A DNA stretch of 64,000 bases from the NCBI GenBank assembly GCA_964016885.1, contig OZ024753.1:24180001-24244000 (forward strand). Direction: 5' to 3'. The translations under genes were made by a program, and so were the position numbers. Source of the stretch: Eledone cirrhosa. Lineage: Eukaryota. Positions within the stretch are counted from its first letter, which is position 1. Each line of letters begins with the position of its first letter. The notes under the pieces are model-generated. The model did not search any database. It saw only the letters and a list, made by a program, of their open reading frames with translations, and was not told the origin of the DNA. Positions 52,801 to 64,000 of the stretch are shown in pieces.

Positions 52801-55800
52801 TTTCTACGTTTATTCGCGTGTTTTTAACTAATCTTAAGTCGGTAATGCTCTTAATCACCTTTTTGGGTGGGGTGGGGGCTCAAATTTTTTGTAGAAATTG
52901 ATTTCTTTTCTAAGTTTTTTTTTTTTTCGTTTGTTTACAACCGATCTGACATCAGATTCACCAGCCAACGACTCCTTTTTTCGAAAATGGAAGTGGGGAG
53001 AGAAGAGCACCTCTCAGGCGTTTAAATTTTTAGAAAAGCACCCGCTGGGGTTAGGACCACATACAACACACAAGCAAATTGTGTTGTATGTGGTCCTAGA
53101 CGTGTGTATTACCTTCTTGTGTGTTGTATATGTCCTAGATGTATGTATTACCTGCTTGTGTGTTGTATGTGGTCCTAGATGTGTGTATTAACTTCTTGTG
53201 TGTTGTATGTCGTCCTAGATGTGTGTATTACCTCCTTGTGTGTTGTATGTCGTCCTAGATGTATGTATTACCTGCATGTGTGTTGTATGTGGTCCTTGTG
53301 TGTTGTATGTGGTCCTATATGTATGTATTACCTGCGGGTGTGTTGTATGTGGTCCTATATGTGTGTATTACCTCCTTGTGTGTTGCATGTGGTCCTATAT
53401 GTATGTATTACCTGCTGGTGTGTTGTATGTGGTCCTAGATGTGTGTATTACCTGCTGGTGTGTTGTATGTGGTCCTAGATGTGTGTATTACATCCTTGTG
53501 TGTTGTATGTGGTCCTATATGTGTGTATTACCTGCTTGTGTGTTGTATGTGGTCCTAGATGTATGTATTACCTGCTGGTGTGTTGTATGTGGTCCTAGAT
53601 GTGTGTATTACCTGCTTGTGTGCTGTATGTGGTCCTAGATGTGTGTACTACCTGCTTGTGTGTTGTATGTGGTCCTAGATGTGTGTATTACATCCTTGTG
53701 TGTTGTATGTGGTCCTAGATGTGTGTATTACCTGCTGGTGTGTTGTATGTGGTCCTAGATGTGTGTATTACCTGTTTGTGTGTTTTATGTGGTCCTAGAT
53801 GTATGTATTACCTACTTGTGTGTTGTATGTGGTCCTAGATGTGTGTATTACCTGCTTGTGTGTTGTATGTGGTCCTAGATGTGTGTATTAACTTCTTGTG
53901 TGTTGTATGTCGTCCTAGATGTGTGTATTACCTCCTTGTGTGTTGTATGTCGTCCTAGATGTGTGTATTACCTTCTTGTGTGTTGTATGTTGTGCTAGAT
54001 GTGTGTATTACCTGCTTGTGTGTTGTATGTGGTCCTAGATGTGTGTATTACCTGCTTATGTGTTGTATGTGGTCCTAGATGTGTGCATTACCTGAACCTG
54101 TGTTGTATATGGTCCTAGATGTATGTATTACCTGCTTGTGTGTTTTATGTGGTCCTAGATGTGTGTATTACCTGCTTGTGTGTTGTATGTGGTCCTAGAT
54201 GTGTGTATTACCTCCTTGTGTCTTGTATGTGGTCCTAGATGTGTGTATTACCTCCTTGTGTGTTGTATGTGGTCCTAGATGTGTGTATTACCTCCTTGTG
54301 TGTTGTATGTGGTCCTAGATGTGTGTATTACCTCCTTGTGTGTTGTATGTGGTCCTAGATGTGTGTATTACCTCCTTGTGTGTTGTATGTGGTCCTAGAT
54401 CTGTGTATAATCTGCTTGTGTGTTGTATGTAGTCCTAGATGTATGTATTACCTGCTTGTGTGTTGTATGTTGTCCTAGATTTGTGTATTACCTGCTTGTG
54501 TGTTGCATGTGGTCCTAGATGTGTGTATTACATCCTTGTGTGTTTCATGTGGTCCTAGATGTGTGCATTACCTGCTTGTGTGTTGTATGTTGTCCTAGAT
54601 GTATGTATTACCTGCTTGTGTGTTGCATGTAGTCCTAGATGTGTGTATTACATCCTTGTGTGTTTTGTATGGTCCTAGATGTGTGTATTACCTGCTTGTG
54701 TGTTGAATGTTGTCCTATATGTGTATATTAGCTGGTTATGTGTTGTATGTGGTCCTAGATGTGTGTATTACCTGCTTGTGTGTTGTATGTAGTCCTAGAT
54801 GTGTGTATTACCTCCTTGTGTGTTGTATGTGGTCCTAGATGTGTATATTACCTCCTTGTATGTTGTATGTGGTCCTAGATGTGTGTATTACCTGCTTATG
54901 TGTTGTATGTGATCCTAGATGTGTGTATTACCTGCTTGTGTGTTGTATGTGGTCCTAGATGTGTCTATTACCTGCCTGTGTGTTGTATGTGGTCCTAGAT
55001 GTGTGTATTACCTGCTTGTGTGTTGTATGTGGTCCTAGATGTGTGTATTACATGCTTGTGTGTTGTATGTGGTCCTAGGTGTGTATTACCTGATAATGTA
55101 TTTTATTTATTACTCTTTTCCTTAAGTTTGTAAAACAATAAAATAAAACTACCTTTGTAATGGTATTCACACAACTGTGAATAAAACCGTAATTGACAAT
55201 ATGCATTGAATGAAGATTGTGTTACACTTTCTTCTGTAATCAGTAAAGTAATCCATGATACATTTTAAAAAGATGTTATTTTATTTAAACGGTGTTACGG
55301 CAAAATGTCATGAAAATGATATAACGAACGTTAACGGAAGTGTTGACATTTGAAAGTTTTAACAGAAATTAATCTTAAAATAAGAATACATTATATATAA
55401 GAATATTTGTTTAATTAAGAGCTTTAATTAAGATAAATTACATAATATTCATTCATGATTTATTCAAAGTAACCCAACTTATTTTAATAGCATGTTCAGA
55501 AAAAATAACCCCGACACAGTCTCGCAGTCATCCAACCATTAGATGGAATTTAAACTTCATTGATGTCTACCAAGGAATATTACGAATGTACTCAACTTTA
55601 TTTACGGGAAGAACATAATTGTATGTCTTATGTTGCTAGTATTGGATACTGTAGCAGTTGACGATATGATTGATGGGTAAATTTATAGAAAAGCACCTGT
55701 TGGAGTTCGGTAGGACATGTTTTTTTCTACGTTTATTTGCGTATTTTTAACTAATCTTAAGTCGGTAATGCTCTTAATCACCTTTTTGGGTGGGGTGGGG

Positions 55801-58800
55801 GCTCACATTTTTTGTAGAAATTGATTTCATTTCTAAGTTTTTTTTTTTTTTCGTTTGTTTACAACCGATCTGACATCAGATTCACCAGCCAACGACTCCT
55901 TTTTTCGAAAATGGAAGTGGCGGAGAGAAGAGCACCTCTCAGGCGTTTAAACTTTTAGAAAAGCACCCGCTGGGGTTAGTTAAATGTTTTTTAACGTTTT
56001 TTTGTTGTTTTTTTTGTGTATTTTCAAATAATCTGACCTCTGACATGTTCGAAATTGACTTTTTTACGGAAATGAAATCGCAGGGGAAGGGGAGACCCCG
56101 GGGTCGATTGCGAGCATGTCGGGTGCCAGATTAGTTGAAAACAGCAAAAAACGTAACAAAAACGTTTTTAATTAACCCCAGCTTTTCTATAAATTTCTCG
56201 TTTGAAGTATTTCAATGTTTGAAACATGTCTCCAGGGCTCGGGTAATCAACAAATCATATAGTCACCCGTGAGAGTGAGGGGGTATGTTTCAACATACGT
56301 AGCTAATATAAACACTGCCTTAACTGTAGACAGGACCGTATTTAATGGGGGACAAAGGGGGCAATTTCCCTAGGTCCCCTACATTGGGGAGGGGCACCAG
56401 CAACTGCCGTAGCAATTTATTTGTGCCCTCAGCGGTTCTTTTTTCTAATTTTAGGAAGATTAGAAATGTTTAATTTAATACCTGTATGTATAACTTTTCA
56501 GTTCCAGTTACTTGCACCTAACTTTGATATACAACATTGGGGGGGGGGCGGGGGTTGCTGTGTATTCTAATTGCATGTGTATGATCCTCCCCACTCCCAC
56601 CAAACAATCTATATCCAAAGTTTAATCCATGAACTCAGCCCTATTCATTCATTATATACTAGCAGAAACACCACGCAGTGGGCAGTTTTCTGCTGGCATG
56701 TTTAGTGGGCATATTAATATTACCTATTGTAAATATATATGCATATAGATATGATACGTAAATTAAAAAGTAAATCGTCTTCACTGGCAGCTCACCTAAC
56801 AGAGGTAACTGCTGATACTTGTGAGGGTGCTTCGTTGTTCCAGTGCCTCAGCCACGCCATCACCCCAGGTAATGCTGCGAGTATGCTGGCTTGCCTCAAA
56901 AATTATTAGAGAGGTTTTCCAGTGGTCCTCACGATATCTTTATCTTTTGTTATGGCAGCGGTTTATTTGTCCACCTCTTCCGGCTGCCTTTTGTTATATG
57001 TGGTCCTAGATGTGTGTATTACCTGCTTGTGTGTTGTATGTGGTCCTAGATGTGTGTATTACCTGCTTGTGTGTTGAATATGGTCCTAGATGTATGTATT
57101 AACTGCTTGTGTGTTGTATATGATCCTAGATGTGTGTATTACCTGCTTGTGTGTTGTATGTGGTCCTAGATGTGTGTATTACATTCTTGTGTGTTGTATG
57201 TGGTCCTAGATGTATGTATTATTTGCTTGTGTGTTGTATGTGGTCCTAGATGTGCGTATTACTTGCTTCTGTGTTGTATGTGGTCCTAGATGTGTGTATT
57301 GCCTGCTTGTGTGGTGTATGTCGTCCTAGATGTATGTATTACCTGCTTGTGTGTTATATGTGGTCCTAGATGTGTGTATCACCTGCTTATGTGTTGTATG
57401 TGGTCCTAGATGTGCATTACCTGAACCTGTGTTGTATATGGTCCTAGATGTATGTATTACCTGCTTGTGTGTTTTATGTGGTCCTAGATGTGTGTATTAC
57501 CTGCGTGTGTGTTGTATGTGGTCCTATATGTGTGTATTACCTCCTTGTGTCTTGTATGTGGTCCTAGATGTGTGTATTACCTCCTTGTGTGTTGTATGTG
57601 GTCCTAGATCTGTGTATTATCTGCTTGTGTGTTGTATGTAGTCCTAGATGTATGTATTACCTGCTTGTGTGTTTTATGTGGTCCTAGATGTGTGTACTAC
57701 CTGCTTGTGTGTTGTATGTGGTCCTAGATGTGTGTATTACCTGCTTGTGTATTTTATGTGGTTCTAGATGTGTGTATTACCTCCTTGTGTGTTGTATGTT
57801 GTCCTTGATGTGTGTATTACCTGCTTGTGTGTTGTATGTAGTCCTAGATGTGTGTATTATCTCGTGTGTTGTATGTGATCCTATATGTCTGTATTACATC
57901 CTTGTGTGTTGTATGTTGTCCTAGATGCATGTATTACCTGCTTGTGTGTTGCATGTGGTCTTGGATGTGTGTATTACATCCTTGTGTGTTTTGTATGGTC
58001 CTAGATGTGTGTATTACCTGCTTGTGTGTTGTATGTGGTCCTATATGTGTGTTTAACCGGCTTGTGTGTTGTATGTAGTCCTAGATGTGCCATTACCTGC
58101 TTGTGTGTTGTATGTGGTCCTAGATGTATGTATTATCTGCTTGTGTGTTGTATGTGGTCCTAGATGTGCGTATTACTTGCTTCTGTGTTGTATGTGGTCC
58201 TAGTGTGTGTATTACTTGCTTCTGTGTTGTATGTGGTCCGAGATGTGTGTATTATCTGCTTCTGTGTTGTATGTAGTCCTAGATGTATGTATTACCTGCT
58301 TCTGTGTTGTGTGTGGTCCTAGATGTGTGCATTACCTGCTTCTTTGTTGTATATGTCCTAGATGTGTATATTACCTGCTTGTGTGTTGTATGTGGTCCTA
58401 GATGTGTGTATTACCTGCTTGTGTGTTGTATGTGGTCCTAGATGTGTGTATTTCTTGCTTCTGTGTTGTATGTGGTCCTAGATGTGTGTATTATCTGCTT
58501 CTGTGTTGTATGTGGTCCTAGATGTATGTATTACCTGCTTGTGTGTTTTATGTGGTCCTAGATGTGTGTATTACCTGCTTGTGTGTTGTATGTGGTCCTA
58601 GATGTGTGTATTACCTGCTTGTGTGTTTTATGTAGTCCTAGCTGTATGTATTACCTGCTTGTGTGTTGTATGTTGTCCTAGATGTGTGCATTACCTGCTT
58701 GTGTGTTGCATGTGGTCCTAGATGTATGAATCACCTGCTTGTGTGTTGTATGTGGTCCTAGATGTGTGTATTTCTTGCTTCTGTGTTGTATGTGGTCCTA

Positions 58801-60468
58801 GATGTGTGTATTATCTGCTTCTGTGTTGTATGTGGTCCTAGATGTATGTATTACCTGCTTGTGTTTTGTTTGTGGTCCTAGATGTGTGTATTACCTGCTT
58901 GTGTGTTGTATGTGGTCCTAGATGTGTGCTTAACCGGCTTTTGTGTTGTATGTGGTCCTAGATGTGTGTATTATATTTATTCCTCTTTTCCTTTTTCTCA
59001 TGTTTGTAAAACAATAAAATAAAACTACCTTTGTAATGGTATTCACACAACTGTGAATAAAATCGTAATTGACAATATGCATTGAATGAAGATTGTGTTA
59101 CACTTTCTTCTGTAATCAGTAAAGTAATCCATGATACATTTTAAAAAGATGTTATTTTATTTAAACGGTGTTACGGCAAAATGTCATGAAAATGATATAA
59201 CGAACGTTAACGGAAGTGTTGACATTTGAAAGTTTTAACAGAAATTAATCTTAAAATAAGAATACATTATATATAAGAATATTTGTTTAATTAAGAGCTT
59301 TAATTAAGATAAATTACATAATATTCATTCATGATTTATTCAAAGTAACCCAACTTATTTTAATAGCATGTTCAGAAAAAATAACCCCGACACAGTCTCG
59401 CAGTCATCCAACCATTAGATGGATTTTAAACTTCATTGATGTCTACCAAGGAATATTACGAATGTACTCAACTTTATTTACGGGAAGAACATAATTGTAT
59501 GTCTTATGTTGCTAGCTTTGGATACTGTAGCAGTTGACGATATGATTGATGGGTAAATTTATAGAAAAGAACCTGTTGCAGTTCGGTAGAACATGTTTTT
59601 TTTCTACGTTTATTCGCGTGTTTTTAACTAATCTTAAGTCGGTAATGCTCTCAATCACCTTTTTGGGTGGGGTGGGGGCTCACATTTTTTGTAGAAATTG
59701 ATTTCTTTGTAAGTTTTTTTTTTTTTTTCGTTTGTTTACAACCGATCTGACATCAGATTCACCAGCCAACGACTCCTTTTTTCGAAAATGGAAGTGGCGG
59801 AGAGAAGAGCACCTCTCAGGCGTTTACATTTTTAGAAAAGCACCCGCTGGGGTTAGTTAAATGTTTTTTAACGTTTTTTTGTTTTTTTTGTGTTTTCAAA
59901 TAATCTGGCCTCTGACATGCTCGCAATTGACTTTTTTACGGAAATGAAATTGCAGGGGAAGGGGAGACCCCGGGGTCGATTGCGAGCATGTCGGGTGCCA
60001 GATTAGTTGAAAACAGCAAAAAACGTAGCAAAAACGTTTTTAATTAACCCCAGCTTTTCTATAAATTTCTCGTTTGAAGTATTTCAATGTTTGAAACATG
60101 TCTCCAGGGCTCGGGTAATCAACAAATCATATAGTCACCCGTGAGAGTGAGGGGGTGTGTTTCAGCATACGTAGCTAATATAAACACTGCCTTAACTGTA
60201 GACAGGACCGTATTTTATGGGGGACAAAGCGGGCAATTTCCCTAGGCCCTCTACATGTGGGGGTGGGGCACCAGCGACTGCCGTACCAATTTATTTGTGC
60301 CCTCAGCGGTTCTTTTTTCTAGTTTTAGGAAGATTAGAAATGTTTAATTTAATACCTGTATGTATAACTTTTCAGTTCCAGTTACTTGCACCTAACTTTG
60401 ATATACAATATTGGGGGTGGGGGAGGTACTGTGTATTCTAATTGTATGTGTATGATCCTCCCCACTGC
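49841..60468 (+). repeat. Dispersed 0.9-1.5 kb spacer unit repeated four times between satellite blocks (49841-50728, 52170-53051, 55093-~56596, 58974-60468)
   Basis: Near-identical sequence beginning tttgtaaaacaataaaataaaactacc. The long copies include an internal inverted repeat and a hAT-like left end (caggaccgtattt). Confidence 0.93.
56779..56990 (+). mobile_element. Degraded CRE-clade LINE 3' end
   Basis: Homologous to 60867-61020 (cttcactggc.gctc.cctaa.agaggtaactg). Confidence 0.7.
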
Positions 60469-60661
60469 CATGTAAAGAGTGTGATAGATCGACTTTCGTT
60501 TTAATTCCCCCACCGTCACTCGTTTATTCTCTATTTGTGGTTTGGTTGCTTTCATAAATCTTTCCTAATATATAAAAATAATAACTTCGATAGCTATAAG
60601 TGATGACCGAGTGTATTAGGCATGTGGTTGCCTGAACAAATGTCATAGTATAATTCGTAAT

Positions 60662-61140
60662 TGTATGTCTTGTCTGGGACGTCACTGTTAGTGACTCTTT
60701 TGCTCTTTCCCACATCCTGGATGCTGCGGTTAGGACGAGAGCCACAGCTCAGCAGCCGAGCGGAGTAAGACCCTCAAATACTCTGATCTGTCGGCCAGCT
60801 ACATTTTTCAGCTTGTGGCTTTGGTGACGTTTGGGGGAGTCGGGCCGCTGACTGCGAGGTTCCTCTCTTCACTGGCGGCTCGCCTAATAGAGGTAACTGG
60901 CGAATCTTGCGAGGGCGCTTGGCTGTTTCAGCGCATCAGCCTCGCCATCACCCGAGGTAACACTGACACCCGCGGTAACTCTTGCCTCAAAAATCATCAG
61001 AGAGGTTTCCCAGTACCTCTCGTTGCTGTATTTTGCTCTGGTGTTGACTCCGTTGATCACCCCTTCCTTTACATTTTCTTTAATATTGTAACATTAAAAG
61101 AATATATCTTTCTGAAAGAATCGCGAGCTATTTATAATGT
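60662..61140 (+). mobile_element. CRE-clade LINE 3' fragment (RLE domain)
   Basis: CLVWDVTVSDSFA..AE.SK.LKY..L..SY.F..VALVTFGGVGP..FL....RL...TGE..E..WLFQRISLAITRGN. Confidence 0.8.
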
Positions 61141-61599
61141 TGTCTAAGCATTTGTAATGTTATTTATGTATATATTTAAAACATATTTGTTATGTTATTC
61201 TACTGTAAATTTATTTATATGCTCTCTTTATATTTTCATTCTGAAGGAATTGCAAACGATTTGTAATGTTGATTGTGCAACTTTGTTTATTATTAACCAC
61301 GTCATGTTATGGTGGCTACTATATAGTCATGTGTGTTGTGTGTGTATATATTTTCTTTAATTGTTATCTTTTTTAAAAATCACAGAAGCATATTTTTTAA
61401 GAAAAGGGAATTTAAAAAGATAGTAAAGAGTAAATTCATTACGAACGGAAGTTTACTAATCAAGTTACGCGGAGTAAATAGTATTATTAGTAATTTAATG
61501 TAACAGTGCTATCACAGCTGAGAAGAGACAGCATACTAAGGACATTGTCTTCTTTCTCAAAGATTAGAAATTAATTACCGTAAATCAAGCTGTATTTAT

Positions 61600-62600
61600 C
61601 AAGTAAAGGCGCCTATTGAGAGGGCAAACAAAAGTCCATGTTTATCTCCATATCAAACCCGTAGCCAGGTTTTCTGCCAGGTAATGCCATTCGAATATAT
61701 GTTAAAACATGGGTATGCCTAAACAAAATAAAGAAATATTGTTTAGTAAAATATATATATTTTCCAAACAAAGACACATTATACAATGAAATGTAAAAAA
61801 AATAGTTTTCGTGGTTTCTTTAACCACTCATTTGCAAAATCTTCAAATATAATTTTTTCACATTCATCTTTTTCGAAAAAGATGTATGTCAAATTGCATT
61901 CTCTGTAAGGTGATTGTCATCTTTTTTGTGGTGAGTCTATATATCATTAAACTCACTGTTAATTGCGTTGATAGTTTCAAAATGACATGATCACCGTGTT
62001 TCAATTAAACACTTTAATGCTTCCCCTTTGTAATGTTTTCGAATATCAACCAATTTGAAATGATTGTATAAATTACACACAATATCATAGTGATCATTAA
62101 TTTTATTTATAGATGTTAAAGAGCGCTTGACAACTAAAGCCATTTTGTGACAAAAACAGTGAATATATACCACTTCCCGACCAACTTTTTCATTCAATAA
62201 TTATTGTAAACCATCAGGATAACCAGCCATAACATAAAATACAAGTCAAACCGTATAATATTGTGATATTGTCTCATATAGGCTTATTCTGTGTCATTAA
62301 TGTTTTATTTTGCCTTTATCTGTTGTGTTAATTTTTAAAAATAAAATCTTGTTTGATGGGGATGCCAAAACTAAATGTGCTTTTGATAGGGGATGCCGGG
62401 CATCCCCTGGCATCCCCTTGGCTACGGGCCTGCTCCATATAGCAAGATTGGTTGAATTGTTACTTGGAAGAGTCTGATCTTGGTGTGGTTGGAAAGAGCA
62501 TCAAACTCGATCTTGTTGCAAGCTGACTATGCTTGGGCCTTTCTGGTGGCAAAATCCTTCTCAGAGTTCAGGACCCAAGATACTTGAAATCCTCGACTAT
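61600..62600 (-). mobile_element. RTE-like LINE fragment interrupted by a hAT element
   Basis: Minus strand VEDFKYLG..RKAQA..TKIRLFQVTIQPILLYG, continuing across the insertion. Confidence 0.6.
61654..62432 (-). mobile_element. Internally deleted hAT DNA transposon with 8-bp TSD
   Basis: TIRs caaacccgtagccagg / cttggctacgggcctg. TSD ctccatat at 61646-61653 and 62433-62440. Transposase remnant YIHCFCHKMAL...LKCLIETR. Confidence 0.88.
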
Positions 62601-62898
62601 TATATCTATTAAACTCCCATTAACACATACACACGTATGTAATATATACACACATAATAATACACATACATAATACACTCATACATGTATAATATATACA
62701 CATAATAATACACACACACACACGTATTTTCCAACTTTTCCATTATCAAATTCACTGTTGTGTTAACTATGCTGCATCTTCCAAACTATGGCAATCTATC
62801 TATTACATCTATTAAACTCCCATTTAACACACAAACACACACACACACACATACAGAGAGGATAAACTCTGGTTTAGTGTGCCTCTATGATCGAGATT

Positions 62899-63093
62899 TA
62901 CCATATATACTCAAATATAAGCTGACCCCAGAATTTTATGTTTGAGAAATGGGCAAAAATCCAAACCTTGTTTATAGATAATTGGAAATTGGTGAAAATC
63001 GTCAAAATATTGAGCTTGAATATAAGCTGACTCCTTTCTACCATCGATTTTTTGGTCACATATTCCTCGACTTATATTCAAGTATATATGGTA
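62899..63093. mobile_element. Tc1/mariner/pogo-type MITE (same family as 35206)
   Basis: TIRs taccatatatactcaaatataag / cttatattcaagtatatatggta. Confidence 0.8.
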
Positions 63094-63829
63094 CTTTTAA
63101 AAATATAGCACAATTTCTCTGATTGCAAACATAATTGTTAACTTGTGGACTATTTGTTTAATAACATTTCAGATAATAATTGTGCATTCTTGTTTCCCAT
63201 TATGTAACGATTGGTACACATCTAGCATAGCCTTAAGTCTTTTCATTCTTTGCATTCTTTTAATTCTAGCAGTTGGTTTATAGATTGATGCTTTCGTTAT
63301 ATATTTCTCTAGGTTGTGTATACATTTAAAATATAAAGGAAACAAGTGCGATACACTATATACAAAGAAGAGAGTAGAAGTTGTTAGGAATGGAATGAAG
63401 TGGTTTATTATTGAGAATGAGTTAATCAGGCTAGTGAGGACAGCAGGAAAAGAACTATCATTTTTTTCATGACTGTTGAAGGAGCACTTTATGCAAAGTC
63501 ATTATTTTTATTTACAAATTTTGAAATATTTTAGTAGTGATATGAGAGATACATCAAACATGTAGAAACCACTAAACAAACCAAAATAGATCACACCAAT
63601 AACAAAAACTGTGTAAATAAACACCTAATGATTTTATCTTAAACAAGGTGAAAAACAACACAGAGAAAAACTAACATAGACATTCCCTTCGATGCTGGTT
63701 AGAGGGAAAACATTAATATGATTATATTATATTATAGTATATGTGTTGTAAATGTATGTAGAACCAAATTATATATACGTTGTTAGTGCATAATTCTGTG
63801 AAAGAATATATTTATTTTAAGGAAAACAT

Positions 63830-64000
63830 TGGCAGGAAGAAGCTTGGAAAATGTGATTCTGAACAAGCTGTAAACAGGAAAAATATTGGTTGCTCTTTGA
63901 TAGGTTTGCAGTCAAGCCCATGACAGTGGAGACTTCTGGTGTCCTTGGTCCTTGGGCCACACTCCTGCTCACTGCCATCAACACAGTGTTGGCTATCCAC
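63830..64000 (+). mobile_element. Degraded CRE-like LINE 3' fragment (runs off the window)
   Basis: KY...RFAVKPMTVETSGVLGPWATLLLTAI resembles the CRE motif F.PIAVET.G..GP. Confidence 0.5.

Larger units (their letters stand above)
43565..58973. repeat. 40-bp satellite domain (gtggtcctagatgtgtgtattacctgcttgtgtgttgtat)n in five blocks: 43565-45791, 49397-49840, 50757-52169, 53080-55092, 56991-58973
   Basis: Well over a hundred near-identical 40-mers, read directly. Confidence 0.97.

Noticed and set aside
43565-58973. CRISPR-like array or Cys/Val-rich repeat protein
   Set aside because: Contiguous 40-bp monomers with no unique spacers and no cas genes. The unit is not a multiple of 3 and carries a TAG, so ORFs are short and spurious.

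Overview
Eukaryotic, AT-rich, microsatellite-dense DNA made almost entirely of repeats. The SINE, LINE and PLE families look invertebrate, and octopus/cephalopod-like by my recognition, which is unverified. No intact host protein-coding gene can be supported, and most short ORFs come from microsatellites or satellite. Main contents: (1) several Penelope-like retroelements (PLEs; Naiad-type RT + C-terminal GIY-YIG) whose terminal repeats (pLTRs) carry hammerhead ribozymes (HHRs), including U3-A8 core variants; (2) three Tx1/L1-clade LINEs stacked head-to-tail in (GATA)n; (3) a CR1 LINE plus CRE, RTE and R4-like fragments; (4) a non-autonomous LTR element with a tRNA-Trp-type PBS, a solo LTR and two Gypsy remnants; (5) mariner, hAT and MITE DNA elements and tRNA-derived SINEs; (6) a ~15 kb 40-bp satellite domain with higher-order duplications. 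Best leads: an integrase-less Gypsy gag-pol bounded by 89-bp terminal INVERTED repeats and a 5-bp TSD, and a UU-bulged hairpin (RCTC-stemloop-TT-GAGY) with compensatory inner stems that recurs in otherwise dissimilar pLTRs. All structures were read by eye; nothing was computed or searched.
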